From an uncultured Acidobacteriota bacterium (GTDB lineage Bacteria > Acidobacteriota > Thermoanaerobaculia > UBA5066 > Gp7-AA6): 64,000 bases of DNA. Numbering within the stretch: position 1 is the stretch's first letter; every line of letters begins with the position of its first letter. The DNA lies in NCBI GenBank assembly GCA_963764715.1, contig CAVXTP010000023.1, forward strand, positions 24,085 through 88,084, given 5' to 3'. This document shows positions 59,865-64,000 of the stretch, piece after piece. A program made the translations under genes and the position numbers. The notes under the pieces were generated by a model, which was given only the letters and a program-made list of their open reading frames with translations, was not told the origin of the DNA and searched no databases.

Positions 59865-60419
59865 TCAAGCGCCCTTCAGCGTTCGGCGAAGAGCGCGTGC
59901 GCGCGATGACCCGTAGCGGAAGAGCTTGTGGCACTCGTCGCGAAGAAACCCTCCCGTGACCGGGATGGGGTGGTTTCCCTTTTCGAAGACGAGCCGGCAG
60001 GGGATGAGACAGGCCCGCCACTTGTAGTCGTCCGTGCCCCGCCTGACCCCGAATTCGGCGATGTCCTCCTGGGAGACGCCGTAGACGACCGCGCCGATCC
60101 TCGACCACACGCAGGCGCCGGCGCACATGGCGCAGGGCTCGTGCGTCGAGTAGAGGACAAAGTCCGGCAGGTAACGGCCGTAGCCGCTCGAGACGTACTT
60201 GAGCGTCTCCAGCTCCACGTGCTTGATGCTCGAGCCCGACGTCTTGACCCGGTTTCCCGCGCTGGCGATGACCACTTCGGCCCCGCGCGTCACGCGCGTG
60301 ATGACCGCGCCGATCGGGTAGTCGCCCCGGTCCCCGGCGCGCTTGGCCTCCGAGACCGCGAGCTCCATGAACTTCCGGCGCGGCTTGTAGGAGGGGAGGA
60401 TCATGGGAAAAGAATACAT
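59865..60419 (-). CDS. Nucleoside deaminase (TadA/guanine deaminase-like)
   Basis: PIGAVI, HVE, EPCAMC zinc motif. Confidence 0.85.
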   Translation of the reverse strand: MYSFPMILPSYKPRRKFMELAVSEAKRAGDRGDYPIGAVITRVTRGAEVVIASAGNRVKTSGSSIKHVELETLKYVSSGYGRYLPDFVLYSTHEPCAMCAGACVWSRIGAVVYGVSQEDIAEFGVRRGTDDYKWRACLIPCRLVFEKGNHPIPVTGGFLRDECHKLFRYGSSRARALRRTLKGA

Positions 60420-60449
60420 GGGCCGGAGTGGCTCGCCGGTTCGCGATCC

Positions 60450-60908
60450 TCAGCCGCCGTCCAGCATCGTTCCCCGGCAGGTGGCGGCCCCGCAATGACA
60501 GGCGTACCGGCTCCGTCTCGAGCGCGAGGCGCCCTTCTCGATCTCGAGCGCGTAGTCGTACGTCAGCTCGGCGCGGGGCTGAATGTTCCGGATCGCCCGG
60601 ATCGAGACCGTGCCGTCGGACACCTCGGCCTCACAGTTCGGATCGCACGAATGGTTGATGAATCGCGCGTCGTTGCCGCCGACGGAGGCGTCGATGTAGA
60701 GGTCGCCCCCGGCGTGGAAGAGCAGCGTGTGGGGATCGTCCGCGGCCGCCTCGTCGTACCGGGCCTGGACGGCCTTCGACGTGAGGGCCTGGCCCGCGTA
60801 CTCGATCAAGTTCCGGCCCGCGCGGATGCGCCGCGTCGCAAAGACTCCGTAGCCGTGGATCGCGGAGCGCCGCTTCGCGAAGGACGGTCGGATTCGCCGG
60901 CGCGGCAT
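60450..60908 (-). CDS. SET-domain protein-lysine methyltransferase
   Basis: HGYGVFA, RFINHSCDPN, ELTYDY, post-SET CHCGAATC. Confidence 0.93.
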   Translation of the reverse strand: MPRRRIRPSFAKRRSAIHGYGVFATRRIRAGRNLIEYAGQALTSKAVQARYDEAAADDPHTLLFHAGGDLYIDASVGGNDARFINHSCDPNCEAEVSDGTVSIRAIRNIQPRAELTYDYALEIEKGASRSRRSRYACHCGAATCRGTMLDGG

Positions 60909-60973
60909 GTCTCAGCGTATCAACGGCTCGTGGACGGGGCAGGCGTTGGTCGGGGCGCCGCCGACCATCTGCT

Positions 60974-61366
60974 CTACGGGCGGGAGCGACGCCGACGTAC
61001 GGCGTCGACGATGATGCCGACCGCATACCACCAGAGGGCCGACTCCACGCCGAGCGTGGCGAAGAAAGCCTCGTCCGCCCACCGGGCGCCGACCGCGGCC
61101 TCGACCTGGTGGCCGACGAGAGCTCCCAGGACAGTCGTCGGATTACTCGGCACCAGGACGAGCCAGCCCGGGAATCTGCCTCCCGTCAGGTACTCGAACG
61201 TCAGCAGCAGGAGACTCAGCCCCAAGCCAACGAGAAAGATCTTCGAGGCCGAAAAGAACGACACCCTCGATCGCCCCGGGGTCGCTGCCGCCGACGGCGT
61301 CCGCTCCGAGCGGGGGATCGGCAACGGAGTGGCCGGGTGGGCGGCGGAGGGCGAGAGTCGGGTCAC
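60974..61366 (-). CDS. Hypothetical membrane protein
   Basis: 130-aa ORF with two hydrophobic segments; start uncertain. Confidence 0.5.
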   Translation of the reverse strand: MTRLSPSAAHPATPLPIPRSERTPSAAATPGRSRVSFFSASKIFLVGLGLSLLLLTFEYLTGGRFPGWLVLVPSNPTTVLGALVGHQVEAAVGARWADEAFFATLGVESALWWYAVGIIVDAVRRRRSRP

Positions 61367-61395
61367 AGGTTCAGCCTACCTACGTGGAGGTACGA

Positions 61396-61459
61396 TGACG
61401 TATTCTAACGTAATTTGACGTAATATAGCGTTGTTTCTTGAAGTTGAGAGGATTATAAG
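61396..61459 (+). promoter_or_regulatory. Phased 10-bp direct repeats next to a possible sigma70 promoter
   Basis: TGACGTATTC/TAACGTAATT/TGACGTAATA/TAGCGTTGTT; TTGTTT-N17-TATAAG. Confidence 0.6.
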
Positions 61460-61500
61460 GCAGCATGATGCTTGGGTCGACGAAGGCAGGGAGGTCGGGG

Positions 61501-62217
61501 GTGGAAGACCGCTTGATGACGGTGAAGCAACTGGCCGCCTACCTGAGCGTCAACGACCGGACCGTACTGAAGCTGGTGGCCGACGGCGCGGTTCCGGGCG
61601 TGAAGGTCGGCAGCCAGTGGCGCTTCCGCAAGGCGATGATCGATACCTGGCTGGACGATCAGATGCTGGGGGTGTTGCCCCCGTATCTCGGGCCGCCGAC
61701 GGAAGGCTCGCCCCGCCGCATGCTGGATCTCGCGACGTGCTTTCAGCCCGATCACATCATCCCGGAGCTCATCGCCCACACCAGGAACGGGGTGATCGAA
61801 GAATTGTCCGGACTGGCGCACCGCCTCGGACTCGTCCGCGACAAGACGTGGTTCGTGGGGGCCTTGATTCAGCGGGAAAACGTGTTTCCGGGCGCCTTCG
61901 GAGGCGGGATCGCTTTCCTGCACACCCTTCGCCGCAACCCCGAGCAAATCGCCCGGCCGTTCATGGTGCTCGGCCGGTCCGTCGAGGGAGTCGAGTTCGA
62001 CGCGCTCGACGGAAAACCGACGCACCTCTTCTTCGTGTTGGGCCTGAAGTACGAGGAGCTGCATCTTCCCTGGCTCTTCAAGCTGTCGCAGATGCTGGCG
62101 CGTGAGCACGCGCTCGAGGACCTGCTCAAGGCTCCCGATACGACGGCTCTCTACGAAACACTCATTCAAGCGGAGCGGACCCTGGAGCCGGAGCTCTCCG
62201 CGAGGGGAGGCAAGTGA
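61501..62217 (+). CDS. Excisionase-type HTH fused to a PTS EIIA (Ntr/Fru-type) domain
   Basis: MTVKQLAAYL...KVGSQWRF; GIAFLH; FDALDGKP; GGAGG before GTG 61501. Confidence 0.88.
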   Translation: MEDRLMTVKQLAAYLSVNDRTVLKLVADGAVPGVKVGSQWRFRKAMIDTWLDDQMLGVLPPYLGPPTEGSPRRMLDLATCFQPDHIIPELIAHTRNGVIEELSGLAHRLGLVRDKTWFVGALIQRENVFPGAFGGGIAFLHTLRRNPEQIARPFMVLGRSVEGVEFDALDGKPTHLFFVLGLKYEELHLPWLFKLSQMLAREHALEDLLKAPDTTALYETLIQAERTLEPELSARGGK

Positions 62218-62223
62218 GGAACG

Positions 62224-62580
62224 ATGGCGTCTGAGTTCTCTCCGAAGGCCGACGACTTCCAGGGAGTGGCGGATCGACCCGCGACGGCGGAGGTCCGTGG
62301 CGCTCACTGTGGCGGCTGCCACCTGAGACTCCTGCCGCAGCTTCTCCAACAGGTTCGTCGGAGCCAGGGCCTCGTGGGGTGCCCGCACTGCGGGCGCCTG
62401 CTTTTTCACGAGGACCCGGGGAAGCCGTCACTTCGGGGCGCGCCCGATGAAGGAACCCGTTCGACGCGTGCGTCGAGCTCCGGCCGCCGCGCGAGACGCC
62501 CCGCTTCGGGGAAGATCGCACCGGCAAGCGGCCGGGCTCCCGGGGCGGTCCGGTCCTCGCCCCCGACAGAGTCTCTCTGA
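62224..62580 (+). CDS. Stand-alone C4-type zinc-ribbon protein
   Basis: CGGCH-x-CPHCGRLLF; GAGG RBS; stop abuts the next ATG. Confidence 0.65.
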   Translation: MASEFSPKADDFQGVADRPATAEVRGAHCGGCHLRLLPQLLQQVRRSQGLVGCPHCGRLLFHEDPGKPSLRGAPDEGTRSTRASSSGRRARRPASGKIAPASGRAPGAVRSSPPTESL

Positions 62581-62581
62581 C

Positions 62582-63310
62582 ATGGGTTCGCAGGACAGGG
62601 AGGCGCGCGACGCCGGGGAGACGATGTCCGTCAGCGACGCCGTGCGCTATCTCTCGCTTTCGCCGACGACCGTCCGGCGCCTCGCCGGCGAAGTGCACGC
62701 CGTCCGCGTGGATGGGCGCTGGCGCCTGCGTGTCAGCGAGCTCGAAGAGTGGATCGCGAGGCGCCGGTCCGTCGAGCAGATTCCGGCCGAGCCCGTCAGT
62801 TACCCGGGCTGCGAGATCAGCCTTCATCCCTATCTCGACGTTCAAAACGTCTTCCTCGACGCGCCCCAGACCGAGGCCGAACCGTTGATCCGCGCCGCCT
62901 TTCGCCGCGCTCGCCTCGTGCGGGCCGAGAGCCCTGGACCGGCCGGGGACGAGTCGGCGAACGATCGGATCTGCCGGTCCGTCCTCGAGCGCGAGGCGCT
63001 TTCCAGCACGGCGTTCCATCCCGATGTCGCCTACCCGCATCCGAAGGACGAGGGCCGGCGCCTGCTCGGGGCGAACCAGATGCTCGTGGTTCGGGCGCTC
63101 CGACCGGTCGACTTTCACGACGCCTGCGGCCACCGGCCGAGACTCGCTTTCATCCTGCTGACCCAGTCGATCTCGGTCCAGCTCCTCTGGGAGGCTCGAC
63201 TGAGCTACCTCGTCCACAAGGAAGATCTGGTCCGGAGGCTGCTCGAGGCGCGCTCGGCCGGAGACGCCCACGAACTCTTCACCGGGACACCGGACGGGAC
63301 CGGGAGCTGA
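62582..63310 (+). CDS. Excisionase-type HTH fused to a PTS EIIA domain (paralogue 2)
   Basis: MSVSDAVRYL...RVDGRWR; REALSST...VAYPH. Confidence 0.82.
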   Translation: MGSQDREARDAGETMSVSDAVRYLSLSPTTVRRLAGEVHAVRVDGRWRLRVSELEEWIARRRSVEQIPAEPVSYPGCEISLHPYLDVQNVFLDAPQTEAEPLIRAAFRRARLVRAESPGPAGDESANDRICRSVLEREALSSTAFHPDVAYPHPKDEGRRLLGANQMLVVRALRPVDFHDACGHRPRLAFILLTQSISVQLLWEARLSYLVHKEDLVRRLLEARSAGDAHELFTGTPDGTGS

Positions 63311-63433
63311 TCCTGCTTCTTGCCGCCGCCTCGGGCACGCCAGGCCCCCGCCCCTCGTGCTGAGCCCCGCGCGAGCTCGGAAGGTCGCCCGGCCCGCGAT
63401 CTCCAGCGCCCTCGAGCCAGCGAGCTAGGTCCG

Positions 63434-64000
63434 ATGCGCCTGACTGTCCGAGAGGTCGCGACGCTCCTGAACTCTCCCGAGGAGACCGTTTACCGCTGGA
63501 TCGAGTCGGGAGAGATGCCGGCGTACCGCATCCACGACCAGTACCGCATCAACCGAAGCGAGCTTCTCGAGTGGGCCACCGCGATGAGGATTCCCGTGGC
63601 GCCGGAGCTCTTCCGCGAGACCGACGACGCCGACCACATTCCCTCGGTGAGCGAGTGCCTTTCCCGGGGCGGCGTGTTTCACGACGTCCCCGGAGCGACC
63701 CGTTCCGAGGCCTTGAGCGAGATCGTGCGGCACCTCCCTCTGGGCGAGGGCGACCGGGAGCTGCTTCGAGAGCTGCTTCTGGCGCGAGGGGCGGCGGCCA
63801 CGGTCGCGGTGGGAGGCGGAATCGCGATCCCTCACGTGCGCAAGCCGATCGTTCTCGCCGAGGACGAGCCGCTGTTGACGCTCTGCTTCCTGAAGACTCC
63901 CGTGGATTTCGGCGCGCCGGACGGGGAGCCGGTCTTCGCGCTCTTTCTTCTGGTCTGTCCGACGGTCCGGCTTCATCTGCAGATGCTCGCGAAGCTCGCG
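63434..64000 (+). CDS. Excisionase-type HTH fused to a PTS EIIA domain (paralogue 3, runs off the window)
   Basis: Manual translation: MRLTVREVATLL...TVYRWI...GIAIPHVR...VDFGAPDGEPV...HLQMLAKLA. Confidence 0.87.
   Translation, partial: MRLTVREVATLLNSPEETVYRWIESGEMPAYRIHDQYRINRSELLEWATAMRIPVAPELFRETDDADHIPSVSECLSRGGVFHDVPGATRSEALSEIVRHLPLGEGDRELLRELLLARGAAATVAVGGGIAIPHVRKPIVLAEDEPLLTLCFLKTPVDFGAPDGEPVFALFLLVCPTVRLHLQMLAKLA

Noticed and set aside
61501-64000. Prophage or ICE suggested by the excisionase-like HTH domains
   Set aside because: The HTHs are fused to EIIA domains; no integrase, att site or phage genes are seen

Overview
High-GC bacterial DNA, most likely Acidobacteriota (Thermoanaerobaculia-like; inferred from gene content). 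It holds about 45 CDS and one tRNA-Arg(TCT); no rRNA, CRISPR array, transposase or integrase was recognised. Layout: 1-16.4 kb, an array of six Hanks-type Ser/Thr kinases (five with beta-propeller C-termini visible) plus two cargo genes; 16.5-32 kb, exported peptidases and hydrolases; 32-42 kb, ChrB/MFS, MMPL, a collagen-like surface protein with a sigma54 promoter, and YfhO; 42-52 kb, a feoB locus, a sortase with its LPXTG substrate, and an OFOR-NfnAB operon; 52.5-57.5 kb, the best candidate for an undescribed system, namely a signal-peptide-bearing phosphatase, an ATP/ADP-translocase-like HEAT protein and a signal-peptide-bearing PI4K-II/Fam20-like kinase, suggesting extracytoplasmic phosphorylation with its own ATP supply; 57.7-64 kb, an ArcE-like synthetase, methyltransferase, deaminase, SET protein and three Xis-HTH/PTS-EIIA paralogues behind phased 10-bp direct repeats. 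Two single-base frameshifts are probably sequencing errors. All calls come from reading motifs by eye; no searches were run.
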